From NCBI GenBank assembly GCA_015484595.1, contig WFMM01000008.1, forward strand, positions 288 to 64,287: DNA of 64,000 bases. Reading direction: 5' to 3'. Of this stretch, positions 22,152 to 29,890 are shown piece by piece. The stretch's first letter is position 1. The number at the start of each line of letters is the position of its first letter. The translations under genes and the position numbers were made by a program. The notes beneath the pieces were generated by a model. It saw only the letters and a program-made list of their open reading frames with translations. It ran no database searches and had not been told where the DNA came from. The DNA is from Nitrospirota bacterium (GTDB lineage Bacteria > Nitrospirota > Thermodesulfovibrionia > Thermodesulfovibrionales > JdFR-85).

Positions 22152-22907
22152 TCATAGAGCAACGATACTCCAAAGGAGTTTTGATGCCACAAATAAAAGT
22201 ATCAGGGCAAACATCTGTTTTATCCACTTTGCCTTCATCTTCTCCTTCATCACATAGGCACCTATATTTGCACCCACTATCACCGCAAGGGCTGTTGAAA
22301 GCATAAGGGGCCAGTTGAAATGCCCCTCTGATAGATGCCCTACAAACCCTGAAAAGGATGAAAATATCACCACAAAGGCACTGGTTGCCGCAGCCTTTTT
22401 TGTCGGGTATCCAATGGCAAGCATCAGGGGAACAAAAAGAAATCCACCACCGATACCAAGAAGTCCGGCAATCATGCCGATAAGGAATCCACCTGCACCC
22501 ATCAGTAGCATCCTGAGGCCTATGGAGACCTCCCTTTCGGTATCGGGCTTGTGTGCTGTAAGGAGCATCCTTCCACCTGCAAAACACATGGCAATGGCAA
22601 ACATGAGTATCAGAATCCTTGTTGGAATCATGTCAGTAAGATATGCACCCACAGGTGCACCTATGAAAGAGGACAACACAAGGGGGATTGAGCCCTTTAC
22701 ATCCACCATCTTTGCCCGGAAGTAGACAACCGAGGCAGACACCACGGTGATACCGTTAAGCAAAAGCCCCGTTGGTATCGCCTCGGTCTTGAAGTCGTAT
22801 CCAAACCAGTGAAACACAGGTATGTAAAGCATGGCCCCGCCAAGACCGAGCATGGAAAAGACAAAGGCAAGGCCGAAGATGAGCAGTGAAACAACCACAA
22901 TAGTCAT
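22152..22907 (-). CDS. TauE/SafE-family anion exporter (membrane protein)
   Basis: 251 aa, polytopic, with two repeated halves containing GLGGG/GIGGG motifs. Confidence 0.75.
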   Translation of the reverse strand: MTIVVVSLLIFGLAFVFSMLGLGGAMLYIPVFHWFGYDFKTEAIPTGLLLNGITVVSASVVYFRAKMVDVKGSIPLVLSSFIGAPVGAYLTDMIPTRILILMFAIAMCFAGGRMLLTAHKPDTEREVSIGLRMLLMGAGGFLIGMIAGLLGIGGGFLFVPLMLAIGYPTKKAAATSAFVVIFSSFSGFVGHLSEGHFNWPLMLSTALAVIVGANIGAYVMKEKMKAKWIKQMFALILLFVASKLLWSIVAL

Positions 22908-22933
22908 AATGTTCTCCTCTTATTTATTTTGGT

Positions 22934-23060
22934 CAGGATGTTATTGCCTTTTCACTCATTCTCGCAGGACATCCTGTCCTGCTCCGAAAAACCACACTGA
23001 AGCAGCCATCCAGGCTGCTTCGGGCGAGTGCTGAAGCCGTTCAAAGGCAATAACATCCTG
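22934..23060. other. 127-bp structured element closed by an 18-bp perfect inverted repeat, with inner hairpins
   Basis: caggatgttattgccttt (22934-22951) pairs with aaaggcaataacatcctg (23043-23060). Inner hairpins are gcaggaca-tcc-tgtcctgc and gaagcagcc-atcca-ggctgcttc. Lies between the FmdE-like stop and the TauE start. Confidence 0.7.
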
Positions 23061-23070
23061 TTCCCATACC

Positions 23071-23679
23071 TCACTCTCCATACCCCGAGCAGGGGATGCA
23101 TACCAGTTTATTATCTGTAGTGAGCCTGAGTTTGTTTACAAAGGTAAGTTCCCCACAACTTTCGCACCTCTTTGCCTCAAAGATACCGGATCTCTTCTCA
23201 ACGGGCACCTCCTTTATTTCACCTATCTCAAGGAATTCCTCAACCGGAACAGTCAATATCTTATCCACCAGAGGGTCTGTAATCTCAGGCGGGATGTCCT
23301 GTGGGGGCACTCCCTCCTTACGCCTTTGCACAAAGGGTGAGTTAAGGGCCTTTTCAAAGAAATCCGGCTTTACCGAGACCCTTACCGAGCGGCCTGTTTT
23401 CTGGTCAATCAGGGTAAAGGCAAGTTTGTTGTAGTAGAGTTTCTGGACATTGGACTTACCATAGGTACAGCCCGTGGCGGTCATGATGCCGTCAAGAAAA
23501 CAGCCTGCGGCATGTCCCTTGCCTGTCTCAGAAAGCACAAAGAGTTCCTTGTCCTTGGCCCTTTCCACACCAAGGACCTCCATTGCCTTAAACCCCGCCC
23601 TGAGTCCCATGGGCATTGCAGGACACCTGTGCCCGTGAAACCTCATTGCCACATCAAGGTATTCCCTAAATTCCTTCAT
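23071..23679 (-). CDS. FmdE-domain protein with a C-terminal zinc ribbon
   Basis: The track ORF is trimmed to ATG 23679, which is preceded by GGAGGTG. Contains [16 protein letters not shown] (FmdE signature) and C-terminal CESC...CIPC. Confidence 0.75.
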   Translation of the reverse strand: MKEFREYLDVAMRFHGHRCPAMPMGLRAGFKAMEVLGVERAKDKELFVLSETGKGHAAGCFLDGIMTATGCTYGKSNVQKLYYNKLAFTLIDQKTGRSVRVSVKPDFFEKALNSPFVQRRKEGVPPQDIPPEITDPLVDKILTVPVEEFLEIGEIKEVPVEKRSGIFEAKRCESCGELTFVNKLRLTTDNKLVCIPCSGYGE

Positions 23680-23945
23680 CTCACACCTCCATTTTTTTAA
23701 TATGCTCAGCGAGCGCATTCCCCTGCAGCAAGACCGCAAGGCTCTTCGTTAAACCGGACAAAGACCGACGATATTTTATAATATTTTTTACTATATAATT
23801 ATTTAGTTATATTAAAATAAAAAAATAATAATTAAAAAAATAATAATTAAAATATCCTTTGTTAACCTGACATGCATGTTTAGACATTTAAAATGGCTCT
23901 AAACTTATATATCTGCTTCTTATATAACTCCAAGTAACTGATCTA

Positions 23946-24203
23946 TCAGCAACCCATATCAACACCGTCGTCCCAGGGGTCTTCCTCTTCGGGGTCATCA
24001 TCGGTTTTTTGGGTGGCTGATTTAAGGTCCTCTACTTTTAGCCTCCGGTGATTTTTTATCTTTAAGTGCTCGGTGTCCTGTGTGCTCTGTGAAGGCTGAA
24101 GGATGGTCTTTTTTGTCTGGTTAAAGAGCGACAGGTTTCCCCCTGCAATGGCGTTTGTTGTAAGGAAAAACAAAACTAAGAGTGAAATAGTCAGGGACTT
24201 CAT
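23946..24203 (-). CDS. Small secreted acidic protein, unknown function
   Basis: 85 aa. Signal peptide MKSLTISLLVLFFLTTNAIAG, acidic C-terminal half (DDDPEEEDPWDDGVDMGC). Last gene of the ArsR-headed operon. Confidence 0.45.
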   Translation of the reverse strand: MKSLTISLLVLFFLTTNAIAGGNLSLFNQTKKTILQPSQSTQDTEHLKIKNHRRLKVEDLKSATQKTDDDPEEEDPWDDGVDMGC

Positions 24204-24209
24204 ATTCTA

Positions 24210-24812
24210 TCACCTGCCTTCAGTGACTGGTTTTAGGCCATCGGGCACCTTCTTTGCATTGAGGTTTGCGATGGCCATGATGCCACCCTTAAGGGCGTAT
24301 ACATTATTATAACCCAGGATCCTCAGAGCCGTGGTAACGATTATCGCCCTTGGGCTACTGTGACAGATAATGACCACTGTGCCATCTGTTGGAATCCTGT
24401 CAAGGTTTTTCATTATGTCGGTCATCTGTATCCTCAATGCACCTGTAACACGGGTAAGTGCCTGCTCCTCTGGTGTGCGGACATCAATAAGGGTAATTTT
24501 TTCTCCCTTCATCATTTTTTTAACAAGTGCCTTTGCTGATATCCTGATGTCTCCTTTTTTCTGAACCTCACGGGTCATGAGGGAGAGGAACTCGTCTGCG
24601 TTTTTTGCAACTGCTGCCTTTTCAAGCCTTATCCTGAGGGCAGGATTTTCTGGGTTCTTTGCCAGGGCACTCAGGTAGGCATCCATTGCCTTTGCATACT
24701 TTGCCTGCTGAAAATAGAGGTCTCCCTGTTTTAGAATCTCATCAACAGATGAAGCCACTGCGGGCATTGCCATAACCAGCAGGGCAAATAATATTATAAG
24801 TGACTTTTTCAT
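24210..24812 (-). CDS. Periplasmic TPR and rhodanese-domain protein
   Basis: The track ORF 24210-24905 is trimmed to ATG 24812 (MKKSLIILFALLVMAMPAVASS signal peptide); the upstream extension is repeat R4. Contains a TPR segment and a rhodanese domain with active-site loop CHSSPR. Confidence 0.75.
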   Translation of the reverse strand: MKKSLIILFALLVMAMPAVASSVDEILKQGDLYFQQAKYAKAMDAYLSALAKNPENPALRIRLEKAAVAKNADEFLSLMTREVQKKGDIRISAKALVKKMMKGEKITLIDVRTPEEQALTRVTGALRIQMTDIMKNLDRIPTDGTVVIICHSSPRAIIVTTALRILGYNNVYALKGGIMAIANLNAKKVPDGLKPVTEGR

Positions 24813-24833
24813 CTTGGTCCTCCTTGAAGATTT

Positions 24834-24894
24834 AACCACAGAGGGCACAGAGTAATAAATAAAAACTCTTTTTTTCTCTTTGTTCTCTGTGGTT
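24834..24894. repeat. Repeat family R4 hairpin (AACCACAGAG ... CTCTGTGGTT)
   Basis: aaccacagagggcacagagtaataaataaaaactctttttttctctttgttctctgtggtt. Intercistronic. Confidence 0.85.
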
Positions 24895-24901
24895 TTAAAT
24901 T

Positions 24902-25135
24902 TCATCCGCCAAGCAGAGACTTGATTTTCTCAAACGGCGGTAAAGGCTTTCCTGCATGAAGTAGTTTGCCATCGATTACAAGTCCTGGAGTGCTCATGGT
25001 GTATTTCATTATCTCCGCCATGTCGGTGACCTTCTCAACAGTGGCGTTAATGCCAAGTTCCTTTATTGCCTGCTCTACTCTTCTTTTCATCTCCTCACAG
25101 TTTGGGCAACCTGGACCCAAAACCTTGATTTCCAT
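24902..25135 (-). CDS. Small thioredoxin-fold protein (redox-active disulfide protein 2 type)
   Basis: The track ORF is trimmed to ATG 25135, preceded by GAGGAGG. MEIKVLGPGCPNCEEMKRRV with a CPNC motif, 77 aa. Confidence 0.85.
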   Translation of the reverse strand: MEIKVLGPGCPNCEEMKRRVEQAIKELGINATVEKVTDMAEIMKYTMSTPGLVIDGKLLHAGKPLPPFEKIKSLLGG

Positions 25136-25165
25136 ATTTAACCTCCTCGATTTTAAAATATTTAG

Positions 25166-25243
25166 AACCACAGAGAACACAGAGTACCCAGAGCACACAG
25201 AGTAATAAACAAAAACTCTTTTTTCTCTGTGTCCTCTGTGGTT
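25166..25243. repeat. Repeat family R4 hairpin, second copy
   Basis: aaccacagagaacacagagtacccagagcacacagagtaataaacaaaaactcttttttctctgtgtcctctgtggtt. Confidence 0.85.
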
Positions 25244-25247
25244 TAGT

Positions 25248-26204
25248 CTATAGTATTGCATTAAACAGATAGCCAACGCTTATTATAGTTAAAGTCATTA
25301 TGCCAATAAATACTCCGAGCATCTGGGGTTTTAGGACCTTCCTCAGGATTATCATCTCTGGAAGAGACAGTGCTGTCACAGCCATCATAAAGGCAAGCAC
25401 CGTTCCCATGCTAAGGCCCTTCTCCATCAGCGCATAGACAATGGGTATCACCCCTGCTGCGTTTGAATAAAGGGGCACTCCAAGAAGCACTGCCGCAGGC
25501 ACAGCCAGTGGGTTCCCTGGCCCTGCAATCCTTGTAAGAAAATCCTCAGGCACATATCCGTGTATAAATCCTCCGATACCAATGGCAATGAGGATAAAAA
25601 GCCAGACCCTCCGCAGGATGTCCTTAGTGTTCCACTTTGCATACTCGAGCCTCTCGCGAAAACCCTGCTTTATAACATCACTGCCCTGCCCTGTCCTTAT
25701 CTTATAGACATACTCCTCTATCCACTTTTCAAACCCGAGCTTTCCGATTATCATACCACCGAATATTGCCACCAATAGCCCAGCTCCGATATAAATGGCC
25801 GTAACCTTCCAGCCAAAAAGCCCATAAAGTAAAACCACAGCTATCTCGTTTACCATTGGAGAGGAGATAAGAAAAGAAAATGTCACACCAAGGGGCACGC
25901 CTGCTTCAACAAAGCCAATAAAAAGAGGAACTGCCGAGCAGGAACAAAAGGGTGTTACCACACCAAGAAGTGCGGCAAGGATATTTCCGATAAAGAGCCT
26001 TCGATGGCTTAGAATCTTCTTTGTCCTCTCTGGTGGGAAAAAACTCCTCACAAAGGAGACGACAAATATCACCACCGCAAGAAGCAGAAATATCTTTAAC
26101 GTGTCGTAAACAAAAAAGTGCAGGGCATCTGCAAGCTTTGTCTGAGGTGAAAGCCCAAAAAGTTTAAAGACCACCGTGTCTGCTATCCATTTAAGCATTC
26201 TCAA
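25248..26204 (-). CDS. COG0701-type permease with a vicinal-Cys motif (ArsP-like permease family)
   Basis: 318 aa, polytopic. TPFCSCSAVPLF motif. Downstream of arsR and upstream of the thioredoxin-fold gene, a common arrangement. Confidence 0.75.
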   Translation of the reverse strand: MRMLKWIADTVVFKLFGLSPQTKLADALHFFVYDTLKIFLLLAVVIFVVSFVRSFFPPERTKKILSHRRLFIGNILAALLGVVTPFCSCSAVPLFIGFVEAGVPLGVTFSFLISSPMVNEIAVVLLYGLFGWKVTAIYIGAGLLVAIFGGMIIGKLGFEKWIEEYVYKIRTGQGSDVIKQGFRERLEYAKWNTKDILRRVWLFILIAIGIGGFIHGYVPEDFLTRIAGPGNPLAVPAAVLLGVPLYSNAAGVIPIVYALMEKGLSMGTVLAFMMAVTALSLPEMIILRKVLKPQMLGVFIGIMTLTIISVGYLFNAIL

Positions 26205-26298
26205 ATCATCCTTTTAATTGTGTTCTTTTAAATTATCTATATTACTATATAGTAATAGAGTAGTGTTTGTCAAGAATGATGTTACCTTACGAAGATGT

Positions 26299-26634
26299 TT
26301 ATCTCCCCTTTTGGGTTACATTGGAGAGTGCTTTGGCAAGCTCAGCAGACTTAAGGAGTTCTTTCTGAACCATCTTTTCTACCTTATCAAGGATTTCAAA
26401 TACCACCTTATCTTTAATCTTATAATATGAGCTTACACCTACCTTTCTGAACTCCACTATACCCGTCTGCCTTAAAAGGGAAAGGTGCTTTGAAACATTT
26501 GCCTGCTCTTCGCCAAGTATGGGAAGCATCTCACAGACACAACGCTCTCCTTCTCTCAGGAGTTCTACTATCTTAAGCCTCGTGGGTTGTCCCAGTGCCT
26601 TCAGGATATCTGCCTTTCTCTGCAGGATGTCCAT
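26299..26634 (-). CDS. ArsR/SmtB-family metalloregulator
   Basis: 111 aa. LGQPTRLKIVELL HTH region and a CVCE metal/metalloid-binding motif. Confidence 0.88.
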   Translation of the reverse strand: MDILQRKADILKALGQPTRLKIVELLREGERCVCEMLPILGEEQANVSKHLSLLRQTGIVEFRKVGVSSYYKIKDKVVFEILDKVEKMVQKELLKSAELAKALSNVTQKGR

Positions 26635-26723
26635 AAAGCCTCCTCAAACAAGACTTACCCCTCTACCAGTTAATTTATTTGGTACACAACAGGTGTTTTT
26701 ATATTATAATATTTAATGTAAAA

Positions 26724-28433
26724 ATGACCAATAATTCATTAAAGAAGAGATTAATACTCGTTACCGCCCTTGTCATTTCTTTGCTATTAATTAGCAAGCT
26801 TACTCTCCATTCTGCCCAGAGACCAGTCCGCATAGGTATAGCCTCCATGATTACACCTGTTGATGCGGTGAAATACTACCAGGAGATTGTTGATTATGTG
26901 GGTGAAAGGCTTGGTATGCCTGTTGAAATGGTATTAAGAAGGACCTATGATGAGATGGATAAGTTACTTGAGAAGGGAAAGGTGGACATTGCCTTTATCT
27001 GCTCTGCACCCTATGTTAAAAACCGCAGGGAGTTCGGCGTTGAACTCCTGGTGGCTCCCGAGGTAAAGGGCAGAGCCTTTTACAAGTCTTACATCATCGT
27101 TCATAAAGACAGCCCCTTTAAAAGGTTTGAAGACCTTAAGGGACATACCTTTGCATTTACTGATCCCAAGTCAAACTCGGGCAGGCTCTATCCTGTATAC
27201 AGGCTTGCTCAAAAGGGGCTGAGACCAGAAGATTTCTTCAAAAAATACATCTACAGTTACAGTCATAACAAATCGGTTGAACTGGTTGCAAAGAGGATAG
27301 TTGACGGTGCTGCAGTTGAAAGCCTGGTTTATGAATATATGAAAAAACAGGGAAACCCCTATGTGCAGGAGACAAGAATCATAGAGAAATCCCCTGATTT
27401 TGGTATTCCCCCAGTGGTTGTATCAACAGGTGTATCCCTTTTTGTGAAGGAAAAGATAAAGGAGATACTTCTTAACATGCACAGGACAGCAGAGGGTAAG
27501 AGGATACTTTCTGCAATGAACATAGACAGGTTTGTTGAGGTTCCTGACTCTAATTATGACTCCATAAGGGAGATGGAAAGGGTAGTTAGCAAATTACGCC
27601 CACCTTCAAAAGAACAAAAAAAGGATGACTCCATCATATACTTTGGTGTAATCCCGAGGGATAACCCCCGTATAACCTACGAGAAGTATCAACCTCTGAT
27701 AGATTACCTGACCGAGACCACAGGGCACCGTTTTGAACTGAAACTTAAAAAGAGTTATGAGGAAACAGTGGTCTCTCTTGGTAATGGTGAGACAGATGTG
27801 GCAATACTTGACCCCCTTACATATCTTGAAGCGCATGCCAGATATGGGGCAGTCTGTATATTAAAGTCTGTAAACTCCAAGGGCGAACCCTTTTACTATT
27901 CCATGATTATCACAAAAAAAGACAGGCCTTTAAAGTCCCTCTCAGAGCTTAAGGGTAAGAGCTTTGCCTTTTCAGCTATTAAATCGACCGCTGGAAACCT
28001 GATACCCCGATATCTGCTTGCCGAGGCAGGCATACATCTTGGAGACCTGGGGATGTATAAAAACTTCTATTATTATGAAACAGTTGTAAAGAGGGTTTTA
28101 AGTGGCGAGTTTGATGCAGGCGCTGTAAGGGATGCAGTTGCCAACAAATACATGCCCCTTGGGATAAAGGTGATTGCCCGGTCTGAGCCTATTCCTACTG
28201 GCCCTGTGGTAATAGGCCCGAGAACATCCTTTGTTACAGGCGAGATGATAAAGTCAGCCTTGATCAATATAAACAAGACCAAAAGGGGGCAGCAGGTTCT
28301 TAAAAAACTTGACCCTGAATTCTGGGGTGGTTTTGTTGAGGCAAGGGATTCAGATTATCAGGGGATAAGGGATATGATTAACAATGTGCCAAAGACCTGC
28401 GGGATGGGATGTCATCCAAAGATAAAACTATAG
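26724..28433 (+). CDS. Secreted protein with two tandem PhnD-type (phosphonate/oxyanion) substrate-binding domains
   Basis: The track ORF is trimmed to ATG 26724 (MTNNSLKKRLILVTALVISLLLISK signal/anchor). Two homologous halves each carry F(A)FTDPKSNSGRLYP / FAFSAIKSTAGNLIPRY motifs. The C-terminus reads TCGMGCHPKIKL. Confidence 0.75.
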   Translation: MTNNSLKKRLILVTALVISLLLISKLTLHSAQRPVRIGIASMITPVDAVKYYQEIVDYVGERLGMPVEMVLRRTYDEMDKLLEKGKVDIAFICSAPYVKNRREFGVELLVAPEVKGRAFYKSYIIVHKDSPFKRFEDLKGHTFAFTDPKSNSGRLYPVYRLAQKGLRPEDFFKKYIYSYSHNKSVELVAKRIVDGAAVESLVYEYMKKQGNPYVQETRIIEKSPDFGIPPVVVSTGVSLFVKEKIKEILLNMHRTAEGKRILSAMNIDRFVEVPDSNYDSIREMERVVSKLRPPSKEQKKDDSIIYFGVIPRDNPRITYEKYQPLIDYLTETTGHRFELKLKKSYEETVVSLGNGETDVAILDPLTYLEAHARYGAVCILKSVNSKGEPFYYSMIITKKDRPLKSLSELKGKSFAFSAIKSTAGNLIPRYLLAEAGIHLGDLGMYKNFYYYETVVKRVLSGEFDAGAVRDAVANKYMPLGIKVIARSEPIPTGPVVIGPRTSFVTGEMIKSALININKTKRGQQVLKKLDPEFWGGFVEARDSDYQGIRDMINNVPKTCGMGCHPKIKL

Positions 28434-29890
28434 TTACGGGCTTTTTAAGCAGAATACCACTACAGCAGAAGTTTATCCTTATCACTTCAGTAGCCATTGT
28501 GGTGCTGATGAGTATTATAGGATACCTTGTGACCATGAGGGAGCGTCAGATAATGTATGCAGACATTGAGCGGCAAGGCAGGGTGTTTGCCGAGACCCTT
28601 GCAATACCTGTAATCAACGACCTTATTTACGAACGGATGGGGCTTGTGGAGGAGGGTGGCCTTATTGACAACTACATTCGGGGCATATTCAATAAAAAGG
28701 AGTTGAACCTTCTTTATCTTGCAGTGCTTGACGAAGATGGAAGGGTCATCTCTCATAATGACTTTAGAGAATACGGAAAGGTTTATACTGACCCCCTGAC
28801 CAGACATGCCCTCAGGGCAAACACCACGGTGGTGCAGAAGTTTCACAGCAGCAAGACAGGCCACGATGCCCTTGATTTTGCCACTCCTTTATCAATCGGG
28901 AAAAAACGATGGGGAACCCTCAAGTTTGCTATCTCCCTTGAAGAGGTGGAGCATGAGATTTCAAATATGGTAAAAGGAATACTGTTCTTCACACTTGTGG
29001 TCCTTGTCGTGGGATTTTTTATAATCATAATTCTCAGTAGAAGGTTTATAAGACCCATAACCTATCTTGCCCGAACCATGGAGCGTGCTGGCTCAGGTGA
29101 CCTTGATGTGAAGGTTCACATAAAGGGTAATGACGAGCTTGCCCTTTTAGGACAGAGTTTTAACAACATGATAGAGCGGATAAAGCAGGCAAACCTTGAA
29201 CTAAAAAGGACACATGAAAAGCTACTTCAATCAGAAAAACTGGCATCCATTGGTATCCTCGCCTCTGGCGTTGCCCACGAGATTAACAACCCCCTTGGCG
29301 GAATGTTCAACTGTGTGGATATGCTTGAACTGATGGGTGAAAATGAGGAATTAAGACAGAAGTATCTCCACCTTCTTAAAGATGGGTTAAACAGGATTGA
29401 ATCAATCGTGGGGAAACTCCTCTGGATGTCAAGAACGGGAAGCCGTAATCCAGAGGTGGTCGATGTAAAAGCCCTGCTTCAGGACATCTATAAGTTCGTT
29501 GAGTACAGGTTAAGAAATAAAGACATAAGATACAGCGTAGATATAGAAGATGGCCTGACCATAATAATAGACCCCCACGATTTTCAACAGATTATGCTTA
29601 ATCTTATAATCAATGCAATCCATGCCATCAACAATACGGGAGAGCTTACGATAAAGGGCTACAGCGAGGACGATTACAAGATTATCACTGTTACGGACAC
29701 TGGAGAGGGAATTGACAGGGAGAATCTTCCTAAGATATTTGACCCCTTCTTTACCACAAAGCAGCCTGGTGAGGGCACAGGACTTGGACTCTGGTTGACT
29801 TACGAGATTGTTAAAAACTATAATGGCGAAATCACTGTAGAAAGCCAAAAGGGAGTTGGAACCACCTTTACGCTTAAGTTTAAGAGGTGA
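28409..29890 (+). CDS. Sensor histidine kinase (periplasmic Cache-like domain, HAMP, HisKA, HATPase)
   Basis: 493 aa. TM1, a roughly 150-aa extracytoplasmic domain, TM2, HAMP, H-box VAHEINNPL, GTGLGLWL. Overlaps the binding-protein gene by 25 nt. Confidence 0.88.
   Translation: MSSKDKTIVTGFLSRIPLQQKFILITSVAIVVLMSIIGYLVTMRERQIMYADIERQGRVFAETLAIPVINDLIYERMGLVEEGGLIDNYIRGIFNKKELNLLYLAVLDEDGRVISHNDFREYGKVYTDPLTRHALRANTTVVQKFHSSKTGHDALDFATPLSIGKKRWGTLKFAISLEEVEHEISNMVKGILFFTLVVLVVGFFIIIILSRRFIRPITYLARTMERAGSGDLDVKVHIKGNDELALLGQSFNNMIERIKQANLELKRTHEKLLQSEKLASIGILASGVAHEINNPLGGMFNCVDMLELMGENEELRQKYLHLLKDGLNRIESIVGKLLWMSRTGSRNPEVVDVKALLQDIYKFVEYRLRNKDIRYSVDIEDGLTIIIDPHDFQQIMLNLIINAIHAINNTGELTIKGYSEDDYKIITVTDTGEGIDRENLPKIFDPFFTTKQPGEGTGLGLWLTYEIVKNYNGEITVESQKGVGTTFTLKFKR

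Noticed and set aside
22934-23060. The GAAGCAGCC segment resembles the SRP (4.5S) RNA helix 8 motif.
   Set aside because: The overall architecture is a multi-branch fold with an 18-bp perfect closing stem and no GGAA tetraloop context. It does not fit the single long SRP hairpin.
23740-23945. A very AT-rich stretch with duplicated aaaaaaataataattaaaa. It might be an insertion scar or an origin-like element.
   Set aside because: It is short, has no DnaA-box-like repeats or flanking mobile genes, and is most simply the promoter/UP region of the FmdE-like gene following the end of the upstream operon.
24210-25276. The long N-terminal extensions of the rhodanese and thioredoxin ORFs as given in the track.
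   Set aside because: The extensions are encoded by the R4 hairpin repeat. Internal ATGs with good SDs give a proper signal peptide (MKKSLIILF..) and the canonical MEIKVLGPGCPNC start.
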